64,000 bases of DNA from a virus, in the IMG/VR virus record IMGVR_UViG_2847048067_000002, one strand, 5' to 3'. Each line of letters starts with the position of its first letter. The stretch's first letter is position 1. The notes under the pieces are model-generated. The model did not search any database. It worked only from the letters and a program-made list of their open reading frames with translations, and was not told the DNA's origin. Below are positions 1 through 7,596 of this stretch, one piece after another. A program made the translations under genes and the position numbers.

Positions 1-98
1 CTTATGGCAATCAAATCGAATTGTTATTTTCTTTTCTAAATCGTTCATTAGGAATAGGGGCATTGGTTTAACGTGTATACGGCACGGGGAGCATTAGT

Positions 99-497
99 AT
101 GAGAGATATGCAGGAAGTTTTATCGCGTTGGGGAGCGTGGTCAGCTAATGAGGGAAATAGTATCGATTACTCATCAATTGCCGCAGGTTTTAAAGGGTTG
201 ATTCCAAGTTCAAGACGAAGCCAAGAGCAATGTTCAGATGATGATGGCTTAAAAATCAATAAAGCGGTATTACATTTAAAGATAAATAATAGTTACTTGT
301 TTCAATTAGTTATTATGTACTATGTGAAGAATTATCCTTTGCGTTCAATGGCTTCAAAACTCGGTATTTCGCATAATGAAGTGGCTAAGCGATTACAGGC
401 AGCGGAAGGATTTATTGAAGGGTGTTTATCGGTTGATAATGTAAAATTAGATATGGATAAAATAATTAAAAAATACCCTATTTATAGTCTTGCGTAA
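99..497 (+). CDS. Q: Late antitermination protein Q
   Basis: MRDMQEVLSRWGAW...IAAGFKGL...CSDDDG...AEGFIEGCL motifs of the lambdoid Q family; lies upstream of lysis genes. Confidence 0.9.
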   Translation: MRDMQEVLSRWGAWSANEGNSIDYSSIAAGFKGLIPSSRRSQEQCSDDDGLKINKAVLHLKINNSYLFQLVIMYYVKNYPLRSMASKLGISHNEVAKRLQAAEGFIEGCLSVDNVKLDMDKIIKKYPIYSLA

Positions 498-518
498 TTA
501 CAAAACACAATATATTGT
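490..518 (+). promoter_or_regulatory. Putative late promoter pR'
   Basis: TTGCGT-17 bp-TATTGT overlapping the Q stop codon, followed by a hairpin plus T-run near 563-592. Confidence 0.5.
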
Positions 519-632
519 ATTAATAATGGTTTTGATATTACATGGTTTATCTATTAAGAAAAGCTCGTGAGTATAACGAGGTTGTGTTTTTTAGAGGTGC
601 ACGTAATCTGATTTACAGCTAAAAAATAAAGT

Positions 633-839
633 TTGCTATCTGAATTTTTCTATGGCTTAATAGCGTCACTGGTTTGGAAGTACAGACCTATTTATGTTAG
701 TAAGTTTAAAGTTGTTCCCATTTAGCGTTATCCTCGATACCTCTTCATTGTGAATTCCTTCTAATTAATACCCATAAGTAAAAATACAAAACAAACCGCC
801 TATGCCTTATGGCAAATTAAATAAATTAAGGGAAATTCT
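633..839 (+). promoter_or_regulatory. cspA-type promoter and long 5' UTR with cold box
   Basis: TTGCTA-17-CTTAAT (633-661), then GGTTTGGAAGTACAGACC resembling the cspA cold box; about 170-nt leader. Confidence 0.7.
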
Positions 840-1052
840 ATGTCTAATACAATGACTGGTACAGTAAAATGGTTTAACGATGATAAAGGTTTTGGTTTCA
901 TCACTCCTAAAGATGGAAGTAAAGATGTATTTGTACATTACTCTGCAATTCAGAGTGATGACTTCAAATCTCTGATGGAAGGCCAAGAAGTTTCATTTAC
1001 CATGGAAAATGGTATGAAAGGCCCAGCAGCAGGCAACGTGGTGGCTCTCTAA
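840..1052 (+). CDS. Cold-shock protein, CspA family
   Basis: RNP1 KGFGFITP and RNP2 VFVHY motifs, 70 aa. Confidence 0.97.
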   Translation: MSNTMTGTVKWFNDDKGFGFITPKDGSKDVFVHYSAIQSDDFKSLMEGQEVSFTMENGMKGPAAGNVVAL

Positions 1053-1220
1053 AGGCGCTATTACTATTCACCTCTATTTTAAATGCCCTTGTTGTCGCGG
1101 TTCACAATATAGAACATCACAATTTGATGTCACAGTGAACAATCCGCACGGCGCAAAATGTATCTTTTGCAAAAGTGTGATGACAGCTCAAATGAGTTGA
1201 GCATTAAATAGTTGAATATA

Positions 1221-1254
1221 CAAAACCTCGCTTTGGCGGGGTTTTGTTTTTTTT
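1221..1254 (+). terminator. Rho-independent terminator after csp
   Basis: CAAAACCTCGC-TTTG-GCGGGGTTTTG hairpin plus T-run. Confidence 0.7.
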
Positions 1255-1453
1255 AAATATATTTATAATTATTAATTAAAAAATTTGTTGGAAGTTTTTC
1301 GTTTTCATTGATTGTTTGTTTATATTCAAGATGAAATTTATTGTTATCCTATAAGAATAAACCTGCAGTGTTTAACTAATAATTAAAATAATAAACAGGT
1401 ATTCTTATCTCTACTATACTCATAATATTCAATTTATAGAGCGAGTATATATA

Positions 1454-1975
1454 ATGATTGATTTGTTTAAGTTAACGAAAAAAAGTTCTAGGCATATTGG
1501 TATAGCAATATATGTTGGTATTATAGCGGGTATCTTTTCAGCTTTAGTTAAATCTGGTTTTGAAGACCTAATTCCCCCGAGAACACTTGAAACGACACCC
1601 CCGCCAGTCGTCTTACTCGAAAAGCTTGGATTAAATATAGATACTATGACTTATCATTGGATGGGATATAGTATTAATTGGGGCGGTAATGGTGTTCATA
1701 TATTATTCTCAATAGTTATCGCTGTGACATATTGTGTTATTGCTGAATTCTTGCCAAAGGTTAAATTATTACACGGTATTTGTTTTGGTATTGGCGTTTC
1801 TGTTTTTGCTCATGGTTTAGTCGTACCTCTACTAGGATTGTCTGGCTGGCTTTGGACAGCAGGTTATCAAGCATTAATTTCTGAGTTTGTTGGAACCGCT
1901 TTTTGGATCTGGTCAATTGAAGCGATTAGACAAAATTTGCGTTATTGTTTAACTAAAGAAAATGATGCTGAGTAG
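1454..1975 (+). CDS. yagU: YagU/DUF1440 family inner-membrane protein (acid-resistance associated)
   Basis: GIIAGIFSALVKSGFE..PPR..PP, HILFS, SEFVGTAFWIWSIE motifs; several TM segments. Confidence 0.8.
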   Translation: MIDLFKLTKKSSRHIGIAIYVGIIAGIFSALVKSGFEDLIPPRTLETTPPPVVLLEKLGLNIDTMTYHWMGYSINWGGNGVHILFSIVIAVTYCVIAEFLPKVKLLHGICFGIGVSVFAHGLVVPLLGLSGWLWTAGYQALISEFVGTAFWIWSIEAIRQNLRYCLTKENDAE

Positions 1976-2012
1976 ATAAGGAAGTTCAACCTTAATCTGT
2001 TATAAATTTCTT

Positions 2013-2104
2013 AAAGATCGCTTAGGCGGTCTTTTTTCGTATATGCCGACCACAGAATCAATCACCCTCGTTATCACGTTCACACAAGAGCTGTGAGTCG
2101 GCAT
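2013..2104 (+). repeat. Terminator plus conserved hairpin element, copy 1 (copy 2 at 41525-41616)
   Basis: AAAGATCGC/GCGGTCTTT terminator followed by an ATGCCGAC-CACAG...CTGTG-A-GTCGGCAT stem; clearly homologous to the pre-holin sequence of prophage 2. Confidence 0.8.
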
Positions 2105-2298
2105 CTTATTGATTAAATTCTTCGTTAATTTAGTTGAGTTTTACTTTAAGAGAGTTAGGTATGGAGCATTTACTTTGAAGAAGGAAATGAAAATCTCAAT
2201 GTGTAATGATAAGTCTCTTAAATAATAGACCCCAATTATTTTTGGGGTCATATATTGAGATTATTGAATTAATATCCCTGATATTGATTTATTACGAA

Positions 2299-2634
2299 TT
2301 AATTTTCAGGTGCAATAGCATCCAATACTCGAGCAGAATAAACCATCGCAGCACCAGTATTTAATGCAACAGCAACACCGAGTGCTTCTGCAATTTCTTC
2401 ATGACTAGCACCCAACTTTAAAGCGGTGTCAGCATGTACGGCGATACAACCATCACAGCGTGTTGTGACTGCAACTGCTAATGCGATTAATTCTCTTGTT
2501 TTTGCATCTAAATGATTAGTTTTTTTACCTGCATTGGAAAGTGCTTGGTAGCCAGTAACCGTATCAGGTGTTAATTTTCCTAACTCACCAATACGCCCCA
2601 TTAATTGTTTTCGATATTCATTCCAATTAAGCAT
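2299..2634 (-). CDS. Carboxymuconolactone decarboxylase/AhpD-like protein
   Basis: LDAKTRELIALAVAVTTRCDGCIAVH AhpD-core CxxC motif; divergent from the AraC gene. Confidence 0.88.
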   Translation of the reverse strand: MLNWNEYRKQLMGRIGELGKLTPDTVTGYQALSNAGKKTNHLDAKTRELIALAVAVTTRCDGCIAVHADTALKLGASHEEIAEALGVAVALNTGAAMVYSARVLDAIAPEN

Positions 2635-2692
2635 GATATTAACCTTATTGAGTTAACTGAATTATTGGTTGACATTATGGGATGAAAAAAAA

Positions 2693-2707
2693 GATGATGA
2701 CATCATC
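2693..2707. promoter_or_regulatory. Perfect palindrome between the divergent CMD and AraC genes (candidate operator)
   Basis: GATGATG-A-CATCATC. Confidence 0.35.
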
Positions 2708-2737
2708 AAACGAATCAATTTTTAGTGAATTAGTCTC

Positions 2738-3664
2738 ATGGATACGTTGAGCCAACTCTTATACCTTTCTCAAGGGCAATTGCAATTAGATGTGTTTTGT
2801 CAAATGAAAGGACATTTTTCCTTACCGCATGTTTCATCTGTTGAACATGAAACTATTTTTCACTTAGTTCTATCAGGGCAGTGTTATGTTCAGATTGAAA
2901 AATCAGCCCCTATAGTTTTATCCGAAGGCACTTTTTTAATGTTAAACAGAAGGCAATCACATACCCTTTGGAGTGGAGAACGAGATATAGAACCTCCCCC
3001 TTTTTTGCATAAAAATAATGGCTTCTTACCTGTTAAGTACACAAAATCTGAAGATCAGACTCAACATGTTGATTTGCTTTGCGGGCGAATGACTTATGCT
3101 AAAGGAAGCGGGTTACTATTATTAAATGGGTTTCCTGATATGGTAGTGGCAAATCTGGTGGAAATGCCAGGGCTAACAGTATTGAATTTATTTAGCCAGT
3201 TGCTTCGAGAGGAAGCCATTAATGCAAATCAAGGGGCGGCTGCGATATTAAATGGGCTTGCTCAGACTTTATTCGCTTTTGCATTACGTGTTTATGGGCA
3301 AAAACCAGATATAAACTCAAGTTGGTTAGCATTATTAGCTGAACCTCGGTTAAGTCGTGTATTTAATTCTATGTTAAATGAACCACAAAAAGGGTGGACA
3401 CTTGATTCTTTAGCTAATGTCGCTTCAATGTCACGAGCGACTTTTGTGCGTCAATTTAAAGCAACGGCGAATACGACACCTGGCGAAGTTCTACAATCCA
3501 TTCGTATGCTAAAAGCACTTTCATTATTACAACAAAATAAATATACATTATCAGATATCGCAGAAAGAGTCGGATACCAATCTGAAGCTGCATTTAGTAA
3601 AGCATTTAAAAGTGTATTTAATTGCAGACCAGGGCAGTGGAAGAAGCAACAGAGTAAAGTGTAA
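2738..3664 (+). CDS. AraC-family regulator, RclR-like (cupin plus HTH)
   Basis: MDTLSQLL start, Cys21 and LLCG, C-terminal IAERVGYQSEAAFSKAFK AraC signature. Confidence 0.88.
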   Translation: MDTLSQLLYLSQGQLQLDVFCQMKGHFSLPHVSSVEHETIFHLVLSGQCYVQIEKSAPIVLSEGTFLMLNRRQSHTLWSGERDIEPPPFLHKNNGFLPVKYTKSEDQTQHVDLLCGRMTYAKGSGLLLLNGFPDMVVANLVEMPGLTVLNLFSQLLREEAINANQGAAAILNGLAQTLFAFALRVYGQKPDINSSWLALLAEPRLSRVFNSMLNEPQKGWTLDSLANVASMSRATFVRQFKATANTTPGEVLQSIRMLKALSLLQQNKYTLSDIAERVGYQSEAAFSKAFKSVFNCRPGQWKKQQSKV

Positions 3665-3857
3665 AAATTTGCACAGAGTAAAGAAGAATTATTACTTTCT
3701 TTTGAAGTCACTTCGGTGACTTTTTTGTTATCTAAAGTAAAAACGAAATTATATTTGCGCTTAAATTAATCGCTGAGTAAGGGAATTGAGAAGCAGAAGA
3801 AGTTCACTATTACTTAAGTGACGGGAATGCTGTTCGAGTTATCATTCCCGATTTGAG

Positions 3858-3977
3858 TAAAAAAAAGCCGACGCGCTAGGAGTCATGTCGGCATAAATCT
3901 TCGGGAAAAGTGTTAATAACGAGAGCGATCATTAACTATAAAGCAATGTATCAATATCGGAGAAAAAAAAGGCACAT
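3858..3977 (-). ncRNA. Candidate Fur-regulated small RNA
   Basis: Minus-strand TTGACA (4011-4006)-16-TATTAT overlapped by a Fur-like box; ends in a GCCGAC/GTCGGC hairpin plus T-run; no ORF in the track. Confidence 0.45.
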
Positions 3978-3982
3978 TTACG

Positions 3983-4001
3983 AATAATAATCATTATCAT
4001 T
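3983..4001. promoter_or_regulatory. Fur box-like site
   Basis: Minus strand TGATAAT-G-ATTATTA matches the 7-1-7 Fur consensus at 13/14 positions. Confidence 0.6.
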
Positions 4002-4080
4002 TAATTGTCAATTATATGAGGTCACTACAGTGACCTTTTTCTTGTCTAAATATGATATATATCAATAAAAGGTGTGTGTT

Positions 4081-4509
4081 ATGTCAAAAGAGATAAGCGA
4101 ATTACAGTTTAGTCTTCACTATGCCTCAGAAACAGACAGTGAAAAGAATACCTCCGCCATTTTAACGGCGAATATCCATACGACTGATGGTGAAACTCAA
4201 CAACTGACACAATTAATTTGCACGACATCTTCCGCAGGTAAAAAGCAATATCGAATCGGCTTGCAAAAAATTAGTGATGCTGGTGCTCCATTGCTGGTGG
4301 CGATTGAATCCTATTGGCGTAAAAACACACAAGAGAGTTGTGTTTATTTGTTAGAGAAAGCGAAGCGATTTATTCAAGGACACTTACAACAAACGAATAC
4401 ATGGATATCTATGTATGGTCTTGTGATTGTTTCTAATGCGTCACTTGAAGAGCAGTTGCCTGAGGCTTTATTAACATTAATTCATTCAAAATATGCTAGT
4501 CTTTCTTGA
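4081..4509 (+). CDS. Hypothetical protein (moron)
   Basis: Open frame; ATG at 4081 after AAAGGTG is preferred over GTG 4072; family not recognised. Confidence 0.6.
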   Translation: MSKEISELQFSLHYASETDSEKNTSAILTANIHTTDGETQQLTQLICTTSSAGKKQYRIGLQKISDAGAPLLVAIESYWRKNTQESCVYLLEKAKRFIQGHLQQTNTWISMYGLVIVSNASLEEQLPEALLTLIHSKYASLS

Positions 4510-4661
4510 ATGTAACTTATTGGTTTAAATTAACTTTATAAGCTATCTAATATATGAGTCTTTTAATGATCGTGATCTTATAATAAAAACATCTTTAAAG
4601 TAAAAAGACTAATAAGTATTATTTTTATATTGATGAGGCTTGAATAACAATAAGAGGCGAT

Positions 4662-4913
4662 ATGAAAATTAAAGAACCAGATGAGCTTATAGCGGATGCG
4701 GATAAATATGAGTCAAAAGTAATGTTTAAATCAATGAGAATAGCTTGGTTGATATTTACCATTGTACTACTTAATTTAATACCAATGCTTATTCATGGTG
4801 GAGTATTGTCATTATCTAACTTTTTGATTTTCAATGTGTTTGTTATTTGTATTATGTTATGGATATATATCAGAAAAATATTTTATACATATTCCAAGAG
4901 AAATTCACATTAA
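4662..4913 (+). CDS. Small two-TM hypothetical membrane protein
   Basis: AAGAGG RBS, two hydrophobic segments. Confidence 0.55.
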   Translation: MKIKEPDELIADADKYESKVMFKSMRIAWLIFTIVLLNLIPMLIHGGVLSLSNFLIFNVFVICIMLWIYIRKIFYTYSKRNSH

Positions 4914-5356
4914 GATAATGTTACTCATAGTGTGAGTAAAAAGAATTTTAAAAACAGTTTTTCTAAAGGTATTACTTAAATTTTAGAAGAGACAACCTTA
5001 CCTTAGATAATGAATACTGTGATTTAGGGAGAGTAATGATCGTTTCATGAGATTTATAAAAAAGAAGCCCTCGGATGAAGGCTTTAATAGCGATACTATA
5101 TAATAATTAGAAGCAATCGATAACTAAAATAGATTAGTTATATATCAACTAAACATTAGCTATTTCTCATAGTTTACTCGTTTTACTAATGTAGAAACTT
5201 GCACTAAGTCAAATAAGTTTTTTTTGTAAAAATACTATCCTTAATAGAACTGTAAACTTTCGTTTTAATCTAAATCATAACGTTAGTTCAAGTTTCACCT
5301 TCACATGTTTAACTCTTTCACACTAATCATCAACGGACACTCCTCAGGGGGTGACT

Positions 5357-5626
5357 ATGCGTATGGAAAAATTAACCAATGTTACTTACGGAACCGCAGG
5401 CTTAACGGCATTTTTTGCCAGTCTTTCATTATATGAATGGGGATTTGTTATCGGGATGGCGTTCAGCATGCTTCTTGGTTTAGCCACTTATTTTATGACA
5501 CGCCGAGAGCAACGAAAACGCACTCAATTATTTGAAGAGCTTGTTCGACATGTTGACCCACAAAACCCAACTGAAACCCTAAAAAGGCTTGCTGAATTAA
5601 TGGTGAAAGCGCCAAAGGATATTTAA
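5357..5626 (+). CDS. Class II holin (pinholin-like) with Met-Arg-Met dual start
   Basis: MRMEKLTNVTYGTAG... two TMs and basic C-terminus, similar in pattern to phage 21 S; overlaps the endolysin start. Confidence 0.85.
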   Translation: MRMEKLTNVTYGTAGLTAFFASLSLYEWGFVIGMAFSMLLGLATYFMTRREQRKRTQLFEELVRHVDPQNPTETLKRLAELMVKAPKDI

Positions 5627-6096
5627 TGTCTCTCAAACAGAAAATAGCGGCGGTAACAACAGCAGGAGCCACAGCCATCGCGTTAGTAGTAATAGCCCAT
5701 TTTGAAGGTGTACGTTATGAGCCTTATCGTGATGTGGCGGGTGTTCTAACAGTTTGTTATGGACACACAGGTAAAGACATTATTCAAAGTAAGACATACT
5801 CACAACAAGAATGTGATGCGTTATTACAAAACGATTTTATTAAGACACAACAGCAAGTCGATGCATTAATCAAAGTACCACTCGATGACTACACCAAAGC
5901 CGCTTTATATTCCTTTGCTTTTAATGTGGGAACGACCACATTTGCTCGCTCAACATTACTTAAGAAACTAAATGCGGGTGATAGAGCGGGTGCCTGTGAA
6001 GAAATAAAACGTTGGGTATATGCGGGTGGAAAGGTTTGGCGAGGTCTTGTTAGTCGTCGAGAGGCGGAGTCAGTACTATGTCATGGAAACCTTTAA
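5626..6096 (+). CDS. SAR endolysin (T4-type lysozyme)
   Basis: Ala/Thr/Gly-rich N-terminal anchor and E-8aa-D-5aa-T triad (EGVRYEPYRDVAGVLT). Confidence 0.93.
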   Translation: MSLKQKIAAVTTAGATAIALVVIAHFEGVRYEPYRDVAGVLTVCYGHTGKDIIQSKTYSQQECDALLQNDFIKTQQQVDALIKVPLDDYTKAALYSFAFNVGTTTFARSTLLKKLNAGDRAGACEEIKRWVYAGGKVWRGLVSRREAESVLCHGNL

Positions 6097-6236
6097 TCAT
6101 CATTATCAGCTTTATTCTTGCATTACTCATTACAGTCGCTGGTGGCATTTATCTCTTGATTGATAACTCATGTACTAAAGACCAAGTGAGTTTAGAAAAG
6201 CGCTGTCAGATTGCACTCTCATATCATCGGTACTAA
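6078..6236 (+). CDS. Unannotated 52-aa single-TM protein in the lysis cassette
   Basis: GGAG RBS; MSWKPLIIIISFILALLITVAGGIYLLIDNSCTKDQVSLEKRCQIALSYHRY; conserved in frame at 42376-42534. Confidence 0.75.
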   Translation: MSWKPLIIIISFILALLITVAGGIYLLIDNSCTKDQVSLEKRCQIALSYHRY

Positions 6237-6238
6237 TC

Positions 6239-6700
6239 ATGAAATACGGAAAACTCTATGCCGTCATTGCGATGGTAGGCATTATTGTGGGAGGCTATTG
6301 GGTGATTAATTGGCAAGCTAACAGAATTAATCTATTAGTAGAAACAAACAAAGAACTAACGATTGCTCTCGAAGAACAGAAGTCTATTAATACTGACTAT
6401 CAAGCACGCATAATGCGATTAAATCAGTTGGATATTCAATATACGCAGGAGCTAGCGAATGCTAAGAATGAAATTAGTCACTTGCGTGATATTAGTGAGC
6501 GTCATCCAGAGCGGGTGTACATCAAAGCCGAGTGTCCCAAAGTCAAAACCACTCCCTCCACCAGCTTGGCTTATGCAACCACCGCCCGACCTACTGACAC
6601 CGCTATCCGAAATTATTGGTTACTCAGAGAACGAATTGCAGAGTCAGAGCAAATGATTAAAGGGTTGCAGGATTATATCAAACAAGAATGCATGGAATAA
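6239..6700 (+). CDS. Rz: Inner-membrane spanin
   Basis: N-terminal TM, coiled coil, C-terminal LQDYIKQEC. Confidence 0.92.
   Translation: MKYGKLYAVIAMVGIIVGGYWVINWQANRINLLVETNKELTIALEEQKSINTDYQARIMRLNQLDIQYTQELANAKNEISHLRDISERHPERVYIKAECPKVKTTPSTSLAYATTARPTDTAIRNYWLLRERIAESEQMIKGLQDYIKQECME
6459..6656 (+). CDS. Rz1: Embedded outer-membrane lipoprotein spanin
   Basis: +1 frame inside Rz, lipobox IQSGC, Pro-rich PPPPAWLMQPPP. Confidence 0.88.
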   Translation: MLRMKLVTCVILVSVIQSGCTSKPSVPKSKPLPPPAWLMQPPPDLLTPLSEIIGYSENELQSQSK

Positions 6701-6765
6701 AAAAGCCCAGCATGGGAGGCTGGGCAATACTAACAATATATTGTTTCATATGGGTATAGTTAGAC
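6697..6765 (-). ncRNA. Candidate antisense-oriented sRNA; terminator may be bidirectional
   Basis: Minus strand ...AACAATATATTGTTAGTATTGCCCAGCCTCCCATGCTGGGCTTTTTT, TATAAT upstream. Confidence 0.35.
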
Positions 6766-6846
6766 TTATTATTATAACTAAAGTAAATATATATGCTAGT
6801 TTATTGTGTTTAATTATTTATTTTTATTTGATTAATAGACGTAAGA

Positions 6847-6914
6847 TAAAAAATAGCCCTATGATTTAATGTTCATAGGGCGGTTAAAATGAAGCAAAAA
6901 GTAAATATCAATCA
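6847..6914 (-). ncRNA. Candidate ~65-nt sRNA
   Basis: Minus-strand TTGCAT (6948-6943)-16-TATAAT (6926-6921), U-rich body, perfect 9-bp GCCCTATGA/TCATAGGGC stem plus T-run. Confidence 0.45.
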
Positions 6915-7049
6915 TTTCCAATTATATAATTATTATTTCTTTATGCAATAGAATATATTGTATTTCTGTTATATTAGTAGATTAAAAAATATATTTAATT
7001 GTAATATGTCATATAGTATCTATTTGATGTAAGTGTCTCTTTAGAGGTA

Positions 7050-7180
7050 GATAGTATTCCACTCTATCTGAACTCCCGATGGAATAAATAACGATGTGTA
7101 ATCAAAAGTTAGTCGTACTTTTACTCGCTGATGGATCATGTAAACAAGTTGATATCACGGACATGTACTAATGACATGAG
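7050..7180 (+). pseudogene. Degenerate copy of the HNH 3' end and the following ORF
   Basis: Aligns by eye to 7894-8120 with an 87-bp deletion between GTAATCAAAA repeats. Confidence 0.7.
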
Positions 7181-7596
7181 CATAAATACTCCAGATATCT
7201 ATTTAGATAATAGTGACTGCTCGTCATTTGTACTGGGTTAGGGGGCAGTAGATTTTGATGAAAAAAAACTGTAAGAGAGATTACAGGGCTGAAAAACATA
7301 AATATATTTATATATCTTTTTGAAACAGAAAGCGCCGCATTGTCGCTGTCTCCTATGTTAGCTATGACCTGTTTTATTCTCGACAGAGAGCACATAGTGA
7401 GAATCAAAAACAACGAATACCACCGTTTTGTTATTTTCGGTCATTATCAGCAACGTCAGCTGTAGGTAGAAGAAGGGGCGTGACGATGGAGAGACATCAT
7501 CTACAAACGTCATTCATTGATTGGTGTATACAGATAGCCATCAGTTAACCACTGGTGGCTTTTTTATTGCGGAAAATTTGTAATGGAATAAAAAAA

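Noticed and set aside
1180..1205. ACAGCTCAAATGAGTTGAGCA resembling a tRNA D-arm
   Set aside because: Rest of the cloverleaf absent
3451..3711. Minus-strand 86-aa ORF
   Set aside because: Antisense shadow of the AraC gene; no RBS or family pattern
3822..3850. Hairpin containing GTTCGAGT (tRNA T-loop-like)
   Set aside because: No acceptor, D or anticodon arms could be built; not called a tRNA
7168..7413. Minus-strand 81-aa ORF
   Set aside because: TTG start, no recognisable features, overlaps a structured non-coding element
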